A stretch of DNA of 63,950 nucleotides, filler included, from Octopus bimaculoides (lineage: Eukaryota), in NCBI RefSeq assembly GCF_001194135.2. It is 6 parts of 6 records of this genome, joined end to end, with 100 filler letters (N's around TTAATTAATTAA, not from the genome) between each part and the next. Parts side by side here need not be neighbours in the genome. Positions count along the whole stretch, not along the records: positions 33,359 to 42,082 come from NC_068989.1; positions 42,183 to 61,197 come from NC_069003.1; 4 more parts are not named here. One strand, 5' to 3'. This document shows positions 37,395 through 50,340 of the stretch, one piece after another. Numbering within the stretch: position 1 is the stretch's first letter; every line of letters starts with the position of its first letter. The translations under genes and the position numbers were made by a program. Under the pieces are notes generated by a model. The model worked only from the letters and a program-made list of their open reading frames with translations. It did no database searches and was not told the origin of the DNA.

Positions 37395-37605
37395 TCAATC
37401 CTTTAAGCTTTAAAACTGGAATATCCAGCTCAAGTATTTCTACCTGTTTTATGTTAAAACTGGCAAGAACCGGCCTCTTATTCTGAAAATAAGCAACAAC
37501 ATAATCGGAATCTCGGTGCTACAAGATAAAGCATGATTTAATTAAAAGCAATGCGAATAAACAGATATTACAATTAACAGAGTAATCCGAATGCCGAAAG
37601 GCTAA
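37395..37605. mobile_element. piggyBac-like MITE, degenerate
   Basis: Ends tcaatcctttaagc and gaatgccgaaaggctaa approximate TTAA-CCCTTTAGCATT / AATGCTAAAGGG-TTAA; family recognised from memory only. Confidence 0.4.
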
Positions 37606-40496
37606 ACTATGTGCATGTAGCTTTTAATGAGTTATCTTCATAATCCTGCGTAGAAGGGTTCGATCTATTATTGAAGATTATCGCAATTACTTTTCACGTA
37701 AGCTCGTGTTTGGATAGCATATTTAACACTGCTTTCCTCGGACGTTATTAACTATACTATGTTGATAAAACAAATTGATGACGTCAGTAGCTAAAAGTGT
37801 TCATATTGGAAATGGATGAAATGAGATCCAAACAAATGCTGCGAATTGATATCTGTTCGAAAAATTATGTTAAGTGAAATAGTTACAAATATGGGATGAT
37901 AAATTAATCTACTTAATAAACGATTATTTCATTCGATGATTTACAATGCACTGTTCAATTATACGTTTACGAAAATATAATTTCGTCACTCTGGAGGAAT
38001 GCCACGGGTAGTAAAACAGTTATAAGTTTACGTATGTATTAGCTCCTAGTTATTTTACATAGCACAAAGACACTTTCGAGAAAACTTAGTGTTATATATG
38101 TATCCTATGAATCGTAACAACTGTAGTTTGATGCAAATAGGAAGAGGCAAGCACGGAGGCCCTTCCAGATAATACCCGTTTCGAGGAAGAAATAAGGGAA
38201 AATGATTGATTCTTATACAAGATTCGACATGTGTGAGAGTGTATCTGAGAAGCAGAAGTTTGCACATTTGTTTAGGAAGTGAAGCGATATTGTATGATGC
38301 TGGTCATATAGATGAAATGAATAGATTTCGAATAAGATTCGAAACCGCTGCATTATATTTCTTCTGATGTTAATAATATTGCCAATATATTCGCCTTTTC
38401 AAATTAGGGACGACACCACGCATGTATAAAGTAATGGGAAACAGCATCGGTGGTAATCATAATCCTATTTAGTGATATAAAATAATGTAAATTAATGATG
38501 CTGATAAAATTGAATAGTTGCTTCGGTAGAATGGAAACCGGGTCAAAAAATGCCTTTTCTAAACACGGTCACTATACCATACGTTAATTTCCTCAAAGGT
38601 GAATTAGATATTGACACGAATGTAACCCAACAAAAGAACTTCAACAAAGCTACATATCCACACGCAAAGCACAACAACTTTTATCAACGATAAACAGTAT
38701 GTAATGAATTAAACGCCAAATATATACTACAATGGAGAGAGCTGACAGTTCACGTAGGCGTACCGTAATGGGATCGCCCACGTGTTTATTATGGTGGTGG
38801 CGGTGGGTAGGGATGTTGAAAACGAGAGAAAAGGAGGCAGCACAAGAGATGTTATATTGAAATTGTGACAAAGTCTACTGAAACCAAAGCTGACAACGAT
38901 TTTCAATAAATCTTGAGAAAAAGTAGGTGTCCTTGCTTCGTAAAAACATATTAACACACATGCACGCGCATCTATAGTTCTGTGTGCGTGTGTGTATGTG
39001 TGCAAACAAAGGTGTATATTATGCATCCATACGCACACACAAACACACAGACACATGAATACAGAATAGAGAGGAAAAAAAAACAGAGAAAAAAAGCTAG
39101 TATGAAAGAGACTATCACTGACGTGCGTAGGCGTGGGCTTTCTGTTTTTACGCACAGCACATATTTACAACGGACCTGAGAGTAGTCGCTTCTAAATTCA
39201 TCAATCAAAAGCTCTACGTTCATACACTCAACGATTCAAATATATATTTAAGAGCATTTTTACACACATATCCATGCACTTACACATTCAAAATATGTTC
39301 CAAATATATATATAATCATACACACCTACAAGCAGGCAAACATACATACGCATTATGTGTATACATGTATAATTGTCGAATGTATACATACATCATATTT
39401 GAATATATATGATGTATCTACATGCATAACTACCGAATGTATATATACATATATATATTTTTTACTTTGTCTACAGGAAACGTTTTGAATATGCAAATAA
39501 AGCTCCTATTCCACGCTCTAATGACGGACTGCGCTGTAATCATCCTAGGATGTGTGTTTGTGTTATCGCCAAGCCAACATGGCAGTCCCAAACTTAGGAC
39601 GAAAGCTGCCGTGAATTAGCTCCAAGAAGCCATCGCCTCTAGCTAGCTATGTGACACACGAAACCTGTGTCCTTTATAACCTTCGAACAGGGGAGGTCAG
39701 CAGCTTCCCCTTGCTGGTTTGGCATCTGCAGACTAGTTCCAGGGTGTTGCCCCTTGTCAATGCAGAGCAGCCAAGCTCTCTCGAAATTTGAAACAAATAT
39801 TTCTCCGGATTTCCAGCTCTAGTATGACTAAAAACTGCTTTCTCTTGGTTAACAAGTTGTTTCCAGATTGTGCAAAGACAAAAAGAAAAAAAAAACAAGT
39901 TAGAAAAAAGTCGTCATTGTTGTGGCAAAGGTGGGTGTTGTGGTAACAGTTGGATTTCGTAAAATCAGTATTGAGAGCAAGTCTGGCAGTCTTGAATTTG
40001 TTGAAGAAAGGATACGTAGCGATGCTATATTCTTTTTCTTCTATTCTTTTTCCTTATGCTATGGCATACACTAGAGACGTTTTCTTGACTGTGCATCTAT
40101 CATGCAGATGGTGGGTGAAGGAAGAATAACGTAGGCATATCCTGTCCCATAGAGTATATCGGTAGATGTTGAGATTCTATTTCATTCGTGCTTAGAGAGC
40201 GTGTAACAGTGTGATTACCGATGTCCTTGAGATAAATAATTTCGGCACTGATATCGTGGGGAGGGGTACTTCGTGGGGGAGGGGTACTTTGTAAGGTTGT
40301 GGATGGTGGGTTGATTTAGTAAGGCTATGGAGTTTAGCTGAGGTATCGCTGGATTTAGGTGTTAAAAGAAAGAGATAGCGGACGTTGTGTTCCTCGCGAC
40401 AGCAGCCTCGGTAGATGATGATGATGATGATGTTAACGACAACGAAGACGACGACAATGGCGACAACAACAACGATGATGAAGTCCATTGTGAATA

Positions 40497-40883
40497 GTGG
40501 AGGCGCAATGGCCCAGTGGTAAGGGCAGCGGACTCGCGGTCATAGGATCGTGGTTTCGATTCCTAGAACGGGCGTTGTGAGTGTTTATTGAGCGAAAACA
40601 CCTAAACTCCACGAGGCTCTGCTAGGAGATGGTGGCGAACCCTGCTGTACTCTTTCACCACAATTTTCCCTCACTCTTTCTTCTTGTTTCTGTTGTACTT
40701 GTAATTCAAAGGGCCAGCCTTGTCACACTCTGTGTCACGCTGGATATTCCCGAGAACTACGTTAAGGGTACACGTGTCTGTGGAGTGCTCAGCCACTTGC
40801 ACGTTAATTTCACGAGCAGGCTGTTCCGTTGATCGGATCAACTGGAACCCTCGACGTCGTAAGCGACGGAGTGCCAACAACAA
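40497..40883 (+). mobile_element. Family R tRNA-derived SINE, full length, with 12-bp TSD (1 mismatch)
   Basis: ccattgtgaata 40485-40496 vs ccattctgaata 40884-40895; A-box tggcccagtgg, B-box ggtttcgattcc, (CAA) tail. Confidence 0.92.
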
Positions 40884-41364
40884 CCATTCTGAATAGTTTT
40901 GGTTGCCATAGAGGTTTACCTGATTATTGTGAAGTGAAGGGAATGTGCAGCACGAATAGTGCAAGTTTGGAAAGTCATGAAGTCGCTGAAGTCAGCGCTA
41001 AGTACATGATATTTGTTCATTTTGTTGTTATTGCTGAACTGTAAAACACAAATATTGAATGTTGTTTTTCTAAGTGTTTCTTTAAAAAGATGGAAGGCGG
41101 TTTTCTTTTTTTTTTTTTCAGATGCTTTTTTTTCGGATTTATTTTAGCTTGTTTTTCTATTTGTTTTACTGATCGATTATTGGAAAGTAGGACAATTTTT
41201 CTGAAGTAATGTCACTAGCACTTGATAAGTGCGTATCACTTGCATAGGAAAGTCTGTACTATGCAATGACCAGTATGTACATTTCTTTCTCTGTCTTGTT
41301 GCGTTTATAATAGGCGTAGGAGTTATTCAGCATGATGTGCGGTTGTGTACTAATATACTTCAAA

Positions 41365-41368
41365 TGAC

Positions 41369-41399
<31 letters not shown>

Positions 41400-41432
41400 C
41401 TTTTTTTTTCTTCTTCTTCTTCTTTGCATGAT

Positions 41433-41470
<38 letters not shown>

Positions 41471-41693
41471 CCTCCTCCCTCTTCTTCCACTTTCTTTACC
41501 TCTTCTATCTTCTCTTTCTTCTATCCTCTCCTCCCCTCTCTCCTCCTTCTTCTTACCCTTCCCTCTTCTTCTTCTTCTTCTTATTCTTCTTCTTCTTCTT
41601 CCTCTTCTACTTCTTCTTCTTCTACTTCTTCATCTTCTTCTTCTTCGTCTTCCTCTTCTTCTTCTTCTTCTTCTTCTTCTTCTTCTTTGCATG

Positions 41694-41737
<44 letters not shown>

Positions 41738-41740
41738 CAC
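41365..41740. repeat. (CTT)n/(ACT)n mosaic; junction cttctttgcatga duplicated
   Basis: Direct inspection near 41417 and 41681. Confidence 0.9.
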
Positions 41741-41741
41741 T

Positions 41742-43020
41742 AAGGCGGCGCGCTGCCAGAATCGTTAGCATGCTGGGCGAAATGCTTAACGGTATTTCGC
41801 TCGTCGCTACGTTCTGAGTTCAAATTCCGCTGAGTTCGACTTTGCCTTTCATCCTCCGGGGCCGATCAATTAAGTATCAGTTAAGCACTGGGGTGGATGT
41901 GATCAACTTCCCACACAATCCAGACCTTGAGCCTATAGTAGAAAGGATTATTATTATTATTATTATTATTATTATTTTATGTTTGACTTTTGTTTTGCAT
42001 TTGTACAAGTTGGATCCAAGTCTCACCCAGAGACCTCAAGAGACAACAAGTTAGAAGTTCATGTAGGTGTTATGCCTAGGGTNNNNNNNNNNNNNNNNNN
42101 NNNNNNNNNNNNNNNNNNNNNNNNNNTTAATTAATTAANNNNNNNNNNNNNNNNNNNNNNNNNNNNNNNNNNNNNNNNNNNNAGGAGACAGAGTACTGGG
42201 GAGCCTTGAACTAAATGCCTCACAACATTAAGATCCTGCTAGGGGTAATGGTGGGCAGGGTCACTGTTGTCTTTCATCCATCTGGGGATGTAATCGACTA
42301 CCCGCTCCCGGCAAATTTCAGGCCTTGTGCTTATAGTAGAAAGGATTATTATTTTTATTATTATTATTATTTAGAATTATTAGCACGCCGGGTGAAATGC
42401 TTAGCGGTATTTTCTGTCTTCATGTTCTCAGTTCAAATTCTGCCAAGGTCAACTTAGCCTTTCATCCTTTCGGATTCAAATTAAGTACCAGTGAAACAGT
42501 GGGGATCGATGTAATCGACTAGTCCCCTCCCCACAATTTTGAGACCCTGTGCTGCCAGTATAAAGAATTATTATTGTTATTATTATTATTATTATTATTA
42601 AAGTGGTGAGCTGGAAGAATCATTAGCATGCTGGGTGAAATGCTTAGTGGTGTGTCGTCTGTCTTCTTGTTCTGAGTTCAAATTCTGCCGGGTTCAACTT
42701 TGCCTTTCATTCTTTTTTGGGTTGGTGAAAATAAGTACCAGTTGAACACTGGGGTGGATGTAATCGACTTAACCCTTCCCCCGGAGTTGCTGGCCTTGTG
42801 CCTGAATTTGAAATTGCTATTAAAGATGGGGAGCTAGTAAATGTGTTACCATCATGTTGGACAAAATGCTTAGCAGCATTTCCACCGGTTCAAATTCCGC
42901 CAAGGTGGATTTTGCCATAATAAGCACCAGCAGAGCACTGAAGTTAATTAATCAACATCCCCCACCGCCACCACAAAATTGCTGGCTTTGTGCCAAAATC
43001 AGAAAAACTAATCATTATTA
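41742..43020 (+). mobile_element. Head-to-tail array of five family M SINEs separated by (ATT)n tails (interrupted by a spacer)
   Basis: B-box/core near 41817, 42250 (partial), 42430, 42675 and 42890. Confidence 0.85.
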
Positions 43021-43280
43021 TTATCTCGTGGTGGTGGTGGTGATAGTAATTATTGTCTGTGTATCTTCACAGTAGACAATTCGACATTCTTTAGAAATAT
43101 TCATCTAGTGTATAATCAATAAAACAAAGAGCAGCAGCAGCAGCAGTAGAGTCAGAGTAAGAAGCTCCTAACAAGGGTAGTTCATGATACTTTTTTTTTC
43201 TTTAAGCTGCTTTCACGGGCCTTCAAAGAGCCTCTGTCACTAATGAATAGATCAGATTGGAAGTTATCTCCAAACCCAGA

Positions 43281-43462
43281 CATCATCATCATATTTTCAT
43301 CCTTTAACTTCTACTTTCCATGCTGGCATGGGTTGGATGGTTCGACAGGAGCTGGCTAGGCAGAATACTGCACCAGGCTTCAGTGTCCACTTTGGCATGG
43401 TTTTTACAGCTGGATGCCTTTCCTAACACCAGCCATCCTACGGAGTGGACTCAAAAGTGTGT
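43281..43462 (-). mobile_element. RTE-type LINE/SINE 3' tail ending in (GAT)n
   Basis: Minus: ggtgttaggaaaggcatccagctg...aacccatgccagcatggaaag...gatgatgatg; the GGATGCCCTTCC motif is recalled from RTE-family 3' ends. Confidence 0.65.
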
Positions 43463-43464
43463 GA

Positions 43465-43550
43465 TGCTTACAACACCTTGGTTTCCCAAGCGGTCACCCA
43501 TCAAAGTACTAATTAGGCTTGATGTTGCTTAACTACAGTGATCGGGGAAG
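43465..43550 (-). pseudogene. 5S rRNA-derived fragment (3' ~85 nt)
   Basis: tgcttacaacaccttggtttcccaagcggtcacccatcaaagtactaattaggcttgatgttgcttaactacagtgatcgg is the reverse complement of metazoan 5S CCGATCACCGAAGTTAAGCAAC...TTAGTACTTGGATGGGTGACCGCCTGGGAA...GGTGTTGTAGGC. Confidence 0.85.
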
Positions 43551-43554
43551 AGGG

Positions 43555-43756
43555 GGCGCAATGGCCCAGTGGTTAGGGCAGCTGACTCGCGGTTTCGATT
43601 CCCAGACCAGGCGTTGTGAGTGTTTATTGAGCGAAAACACCTAAAGCTCCATGAGGCTCCGGCAGGGGATGGTGGCGAACCCTGCTGTACTCTTCCACCA
43701 CAACTTTCTCTCACTCTTTCTTCCTGTTTCTGTTGTACCTGTATTTCAAAGGGGCC
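43555..43756 (+). mobile_element. Family R SINE 5' half (3' end in gap)
   Basis: ggcgcaatggcccagtggttagggcag...ggtttcgattcccagacc. Confidence 0.9.
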
Positions 43757-44462
43757 NNNNNNNNNNNNNNNNNNNNNNNNNNNNNNNNNNNNNNNNNNNN
43801 NNNNNNNNNNNNNNNNNNNNNNNNNNNNNNNNNNNNNNNNNNNNNNNNNNNNNNNNNNNNNNNNNNNNNNNNNNNNNNNNNNNNNNNNNNNNNNNNNNNN
43901 NNNNNNNNNNNNNNNNNNNNNNNNNNNNNNNNNNNNNNNNNNNNNNNNNNNNNNNNNNNNNNNNNNNNNNNNNNNNNNNNNNNNNNNNNNNNNNNNNNNN
44001 NNNNNNNNNNNNNNNNNNNNNNNNNNNNNNNNNNNNNNNNNNNNNNNNNNNNNNNNNNNNNNNNNNNNNNNNNNNNNNNNNNNNNNNNNNNNNNNNNNNN
44101 NNNNNNNNNNNNNNNNNNNNNNNNNNNNNNNNNNNNNNNNNNNNNNNNNNNNNNNNNNNNNNNNNNNNNNNNNNNNNNNNNNNNNNNNNNNNNNNNNNNN
44201 NNNNNNNNNNNNNNNNNNNNNNNNNNNNNNNNNNNNNNNNNNNNNNNNNNNNNNNNNNNNNNNNNNNNNNNNNNNNNNNNNNNNNNNNNNNNNNNNNNNN
44301 NNNNNNNNNNNNNNNNNNNNNNNNNNNNNNNNNNNNNNNNNNNNNNNNNNNNNNNNNNNNNNNNNNNNNNNNNNNNNNNNNNNNNNNNNNNNNNNNNNNN
44401 NNNNNNNNNNNNNNNNNNNNNNNNNNNNNNNNNNNNNNNNNNNNNNNNNNNNNNNNNNNNNN

Positions 44463-44487
44463 GGGGGGGACAAACACAGACACACAA

Positions 44488-44531
<44 letters not shown>

Positions 44532-44685
44532 GACGGGTTTCTTCCAGTTTCTGTCTACCAAATCCACTCACAAGGCTTTGGTCGGCCCGAGGCTATAGTA
44601 GACACTTGCCCAAAGTGCCACACAGTGGGAATGAACCCGGAACCATGTGGTTGGTAAGCAAGCTACTTACCACACAGCCACTCCT
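44463..44685 (-). mobile_element. Family C SINE
   Basis: cgacgggtttcttccagtttctgtctaccaaatccactcacaaggctttggtcggcccgagg...ccacacagccactcc. Confidence 0.9.
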
Positions 44686-45612
44686 ATAAATTTTGACAAA
44701 ATCTTATGTGGGGGGGACCCCTAAGGGTCATCTGTCGAGAATCACTGTTTCGTTGGGATATTAAACAGACTCCAAGAATGGAAGGTCAAGTTGGCTTGGA
44801 CAGGATTTGATGTCAGAGTGTAAAAGGTCACGAAACACAGTTCCAATGCCAGCACAGTTCTATCAATCCACTAGATTATTGTTGTAACAAATCCAATTGA
44901 ACTTACCATCAATAAACCTTCTGTCCCCCCCCCCCCTCACTATCTCTGCGTCCACTAAGAAGTGCCAACCATCCTCCTGCCGTCAATGTCAACCCTTCTC
45001 CTTCTACTGGGGTCTATTCTCCTCCTCCTCACGACGTGACAATGCTCCTCCCACCACCGAGTCAAAACCTCGATCCCCCCCACCCAATGTCTCTGCCACT
45101 GTGCTAGTTCCCCTCCTCCTACTCCTCCCACGATACTGGACAAACTACATCGCCGGCTTCTTCCTTATATAATGCAGACTCTTCTCCTCCTCTTCCGGTC
45201 ACTGTGTCAAAACACCCTCATCTCCTCCTTCACCCATTATCCGTCAACCCTTCCACGTCTCCCAACATTGCATAATCCGTAAACCCCTCTTCCTCCGCTG
45301 CCTCTCTTCATTTCAACGTGTCAACGCTCCTCAAAAAAAATTCAAAAAGAAAAAAAAACCCATCTATAAAGCGTCAACCACATTCCTTGCTTCTCCCTAC
45401 TACGATGTATTAACTCTCCTTCTCCCACAACTCAATGCCAGACACTCCTCCATCGCTCCCTACTAATAATATACCGACTTACACAGTTCTCCTCCCACCA
45501 CTACTACAATGTGTCAAACCTCCTCCTCTCTCACTTATTGTGATTCAATGTGTAAGAATGTACAACACTTCCAATCTCGTGTTGCTTTCGATCTTGAATA
45601 TTTCTCCAGTGT

Positions 45613-45647
<35 letters not shown>

Positions 45648-45711
45648 TGCTTCGCTTTATATTTTCGTCTACATTCTTGCATTGTTGCGCTAACTCTAGA
45701 TATGTTCTCTT

Positions 45712-45900
45712 TGAGCTAACCTAACATCAATGGCGTTCCAACCGTGTCCACTTCGTTTCCTATTCAGACATTACATCTAGGACTACATTACCCTCTTTGA
45801 TAAGACAGTAGTGTGCGATTAAAGAGAGAGAGAGAGAGAGGGGTGTTTAGCTACTATTTCTAGCAGGTTGAGCAACAATATAGTCTCCCTCGCAAATCTT
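45712..45900 (-). mobile_element. Family D repeat
   Basis: catctaggactacattaccc...gctactatttctagcaggttgagc. Confidence 0.6.
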
Positions 45901-46400
45901 ACAACGTATGTAGATTTACGAGTGTTTAAGCTTCATTTTCATTCATCCAGTGTATGTATGGGTGTGTGCATACACCAATAACAACAATGATTATATGAAC
46001 TGAGAATTTACATTCCACATTAATTAAGACACCAGCTATATTAATCACCCTAATAAAACAGTAGAATACGAGAAAACTAGCAATGTTTCTTTCTTTAGCA
46101 AAAAGTGATAATATAAGTAATTTAAAGAGTGACATATATTTGGTCTTGGAGAAGCAGAACAGGAATGTACGTTCCATAACACTTTGACCTGTTATTATCC
46201 AACACTGGCGGAGATATTGGGTCATGCATCCTCAATCTAATAGAGGTTTTGGAGGGGATTTTCATATTTCAACCTTGATGTTCGGTTGATATATATGTTT
46301 GTGTTGTCGAATGTGCTTAATTACATACAAATAGGCAAAAATACCCTTATATATTTAAAGTAAACATAAAGAAATTGTGTCGACTGTTTATATATTACAT

Positions 46401-46457
<57 letters not shown>

Positions 46458-47399
46458 NNNNNNNNNNNNNNNNNNNNNNNNNNNNNNNNNNNNNNNNNNN
46501 NNNNNNNNNNNNNNNNNNNNNNNNNNNNNNNNNNNNNNNNNNNNNNNNNNNNNNNNNNNNNNNNNNNNNNNNNNNNNNNNNNNNNNNNNNNNNNNNNNNN
46601 NNNNNNNNNNNNNNNNNNNNNNNNNNNNNNNNNNNNNNNNNNNNNNNNNNNNNNNNNNNNNNNNNNNNNNNNNNNNNNNNNNNNNNNNNNNNNNNNNNNN
46701 NNNNNNNNNNNNNNNNNNNNNNNNNNNNNNNNNNNNNNNNNNNNNNNNNNNNNNNNNNNNNNNNNNNNNNNNNNNNNNNNNNNNNNNNNNNNNNNNNNNN
46801 NNNNNNNNNNNNNNNNNNNNNNNNNNNNNNNNNNNNNNNNNNNNNNNNNNNNNNNNNNNNNNNNNNNNNNNNNNNNNNNNNNNNNNNNNNNNNNNNNNNN
46901 NNNNNNNNNNNNNNNNNNNNNNNNNNNNNNNNNNNNNNNNNNNNNNNNNNNNNNNNNNNNNNNNNNNNNNNNNNNNNNNNNNNNNNNNNNNNNNNNNNNN
47001 NNNNNNNNNNNNNNNNNNNNNNNNNNNNNNNNNNNNNNNNNNNNNNNNNNNNNNNNNNNTATATATATATATATATAGATAGATAGATAGATAGATAGAT
47101 AAGGTCCTGGGAGAGTAGAGAGGGTATTTCCAATGCAGCAGTCAACCCAAGCTTTAGGTTACATACATTATATATATGTTATATATTGAATCTTTGGTAT
47201 CCAAGACAGTTTATTACTTGTATTATTAACGGAAAGGCATAACATAAAAAGTTAGACAAGATGCATGGAACATGATCCGAAACTTCACCCCTGAGTTTAA
47301 CCGCTTTGCATAAAGATGTGTTACAATGTGTGAAGAGAGAAAACTGTGTCATTGTTTAGAACCAGGTCAATCAATCTCGACTGAAGAGACACTAATATT

Positions 47400-47582
47400 G
47401 AAAGCTATTCCGACCGTGACCCCCACTGAAGTGCATGTTACCAGAAATATAAGTGTATCTGAATCTACATTAACCAATACGCCCCTTAATTTTTTTTAAA
47501 GGGTGTAGTGTGTAGTTAGAAGAAAATGTGGCTACTATTTCTAGCAGATCGTGTAACATCTCAGAGGGCTCCTGTGTTGGTT
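47400..47582 (-). mobile_element. Family D repeat
   Basis: ggctactatttctagcagatcgtgtaacatctcagagggctcc. Confidence 0.55.
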
Positions 47583-48316
47583 CGGCATAAAAACGATGTT
47601 TGAACAAGTGAATATATGTAAAGCATACAATATATATATATGTACGTGTGTACTGTTGTCTGTGTGCATGTGTGTGTGTGTGTGTGTGTGTATGTGTGTG
47701 CGTGGGAGCTAAACAAGGGAGTCTCTTAGCAAGTGAAGAACGGAAAAAGAGGCGGATATATGTTCGCAAGGAGAGGTCCAAGGACATTAAATACATTATT
47801 ACATACATTATCAATGAAAATTTTTTTACAACCATCGAAAGCAGCAGCAACTACAATAACAACAACAATAATAACGAAAATAAGAAAGAAAAAAAACAAT
47901 CACAATCACTATAAAATGAAATAAACAAGCTTACCTGCCATCCTTTAGACGCAAGAGATGGTATATATTAACTGACAATGTATATATAAATTACATAAAT
48001 ATGTATATATATATGTATGTATTATAACTTCAATTTGATCATATTTAGCTTGTGTTGACTCTTTCTTCCTTTTGTGCGTATGTATGAGCGCTATATATAT
48101 TCTTGTAGCTTTCTATATTACAAGAGACGAGATATATAACTGGCAAAATATATATATATATTACATAAATATATTTACATTTATATATATATGTATTACA
48201 TCAATTTGGTCATGTTGCGCTCATTTTTCTTTTAATTTCCTTCTGTGCGTAGTATGAATTGTATTTATACAGGTATATTTCCTGATAGCCCTCTATATAT
48301 ATATATATATTATATA

Positions 48317-48364
<48 letters not shown>

Positions 48365-48939
48365 AAGGAAGCAAGTAAAAAAGTAATAAACACACCCCAA
48401 GGTACTCCCTTAATTAGTATAAATAATTGCTAAAGATAACGCGAGGGACACGGATTGTGTGATGCACTGATCCAGAAGCACACGACACACAAAATACATA
48501 TATAAATGTGTATTAAACGAAGCGTGTCAGCTCGTCTCTGTTCTGTTTTTCTTCCAATTAAGTTATTTTCTTCTTCTTCACGAATCCCCATTGATATGCC
48601 ATGTTGATGTTGTACGAATTGGCAGCGACCTCTGCTGGTAACTTGAATTATCTCCCTTAGTGTTTCTCTTTCTCTCTCCCTCCTTTTCTCTCCTTCTTTC
48701 TATCTCTCTCTCTCTCTGTTTCTATTTCTCTCTCTGTGTTTCTCTTTCTCTCTGTTTCTCTATCTCCCGTTTCTTTCGCCCTTCCTTCCTACTTTTGAGG
48801 TGAATCCTCTATTTCTGCCTTCTCTACTTCATTTTGTCTTCAGTTCATCCCAAAGTTGTCTCCCCTAACTGATGTAGTTTCTTAGCAAGACACACGCATA
48901 CGCACACACGCACGCACTCACATACATACACATGATCTT

Positions 48940-49125
48940 TTACCTGTTTCAGTCACTCGACTGCGGCCATGCTGGGGCACCGCTTTGAAGGATTCTTGGT
49001 AGAACCAATCAACTCCAGTATTTTTTTTCAAATATTCGTAAATATTCTATCATTTTCTTTTTGCCGAACCCCTTGTTTACAGGGACGTAAACCAGCCAAT
49101 ACTGGTTGTCAGGTACTAGTGACAC
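48940..49125 (-). mobile_element. Family C SINE 3' half
   Basis: cttttacctgtttcagtcactcgactgcggccatgctggggcaccgc...ttttgccgaacc...acagggacgtaaacc. Confidence 0.8.
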
Positions 49126-49132
49126 GCACACA

Positions 49133-49193
<61 letters not shown>

Positions 49194-49899
49194 GCATAAT
49201 GTCAGTGTATCGGGATAAGATTATCTAGGTGGGTACTGTGGTAGCTCTCAGGTATACACCATGTTATGGCTAACCACATCAAGTTGTAATAAATGTCAAT
49301 GATCACTTAGTATTGGCAATTCCACTGTAATTCTTCTGATGGGTAACTTCAAGTTCGCTTCCCTGGATTATGAATGTTATCAGGAGTGTAGATTTCAAAC
49401 AATTATAAACAATACAGAGACAAGCTATATGGTTTGCAAGTCCACGTGCGGGATGATCTTACGAGACACCACTTCATTGGCTCACAATGAACTTATCTGT
49501 CGTCCTTTGATAGGTTTTGTTCGTGGTCCTAACCTCCTCACTCGGAAAGCCAGGTGGGAGAGCCGGTTTAGTTGCTGACTACCCAACCATAAAACAGATG
49601 ATACTGGGTTACTGGATGCCAAATTCATGAACCTTTAACCTTCAACATTTTTATTACTGGATATGGCTGTTTACAAACGAAAGATGCTGATGGTATAACT
49701 GCAGATTGAGAGGAGAGAACCAACCGCACTGTTTTGTAGATGGCTAACTGAGGTACATCACGTGTGAGTGTCTGAAGTTATTTCTTGCTTGAAGGGTGTC
49801 TGTGCATGCAACCAAGGATGTCTGGTTTTAACAGTGTGCTTTCTGTGAGTGGACAAGGTAGTCTATGCGTAAGGTCAATACTGCCTGAATGCGTGAGGT

Positions 49900-50340
49900 G
49901 GCACAAGGCTTAGTGTAGTGTGATGGTTGAGTGGAGAGTGGTGAGCGAGTGTAGTTTGGTGTACAAGTGTGGTGTAATATCTGAGTGTAATTTGGTAGTT
50001 GAGTGTAAAGTGATAGCTGAGTGTAGTGTGGTGAATAATTGTAGTGTAGTTTAGTGTGAGAGTGTGGTGTGAATTCTGAGTGTAGTTTGGTTGTTGAGTA
50101 TAGTGTAACGAGTGAGTGAGTCTAGCATGGTGGTTGAGTGTAGTATGATGGCTGAATATTGTGTGGAAGCTGAGTATAGTGTGTTGGCTGAGTGGAGAAT
50201 GGTGGCTGAGTGAAGTATAGTGTTTGAGTGTAGTGTGATGGTTGAGAGTAGTGTGGCAGTTGAATGTAGTTTGGTCTGTGAATGATGTTAAGTGGCTGAG
50301 TATAGTGTAAAGTTTGGCTGTAGTGTACTGACTGAGTGTT
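49900..50340. repeat. Degenerate 18-bp minisatellite (gagtgtagtgtggtggtt-like)
   Basis: The minus-strand translation shows a 6-residue period (NHHTTL), consistent with an 18-bp unit. Confidence 0.85.

Noticed and set aside
40497-40575. tRNA gene
   Set aside because: A and B boxes are present, but there is no acceptor-stem closure and it continues into a SINE body with a TSD; it is a SINE head, as are the other tRNA-like hits.
49230-49520. Possible LINE AP-endonuclease relic (VYTP..., ILLMGNFK)
   Set aside because: Only two weak motif echoes; cannot be supported without a profile search.
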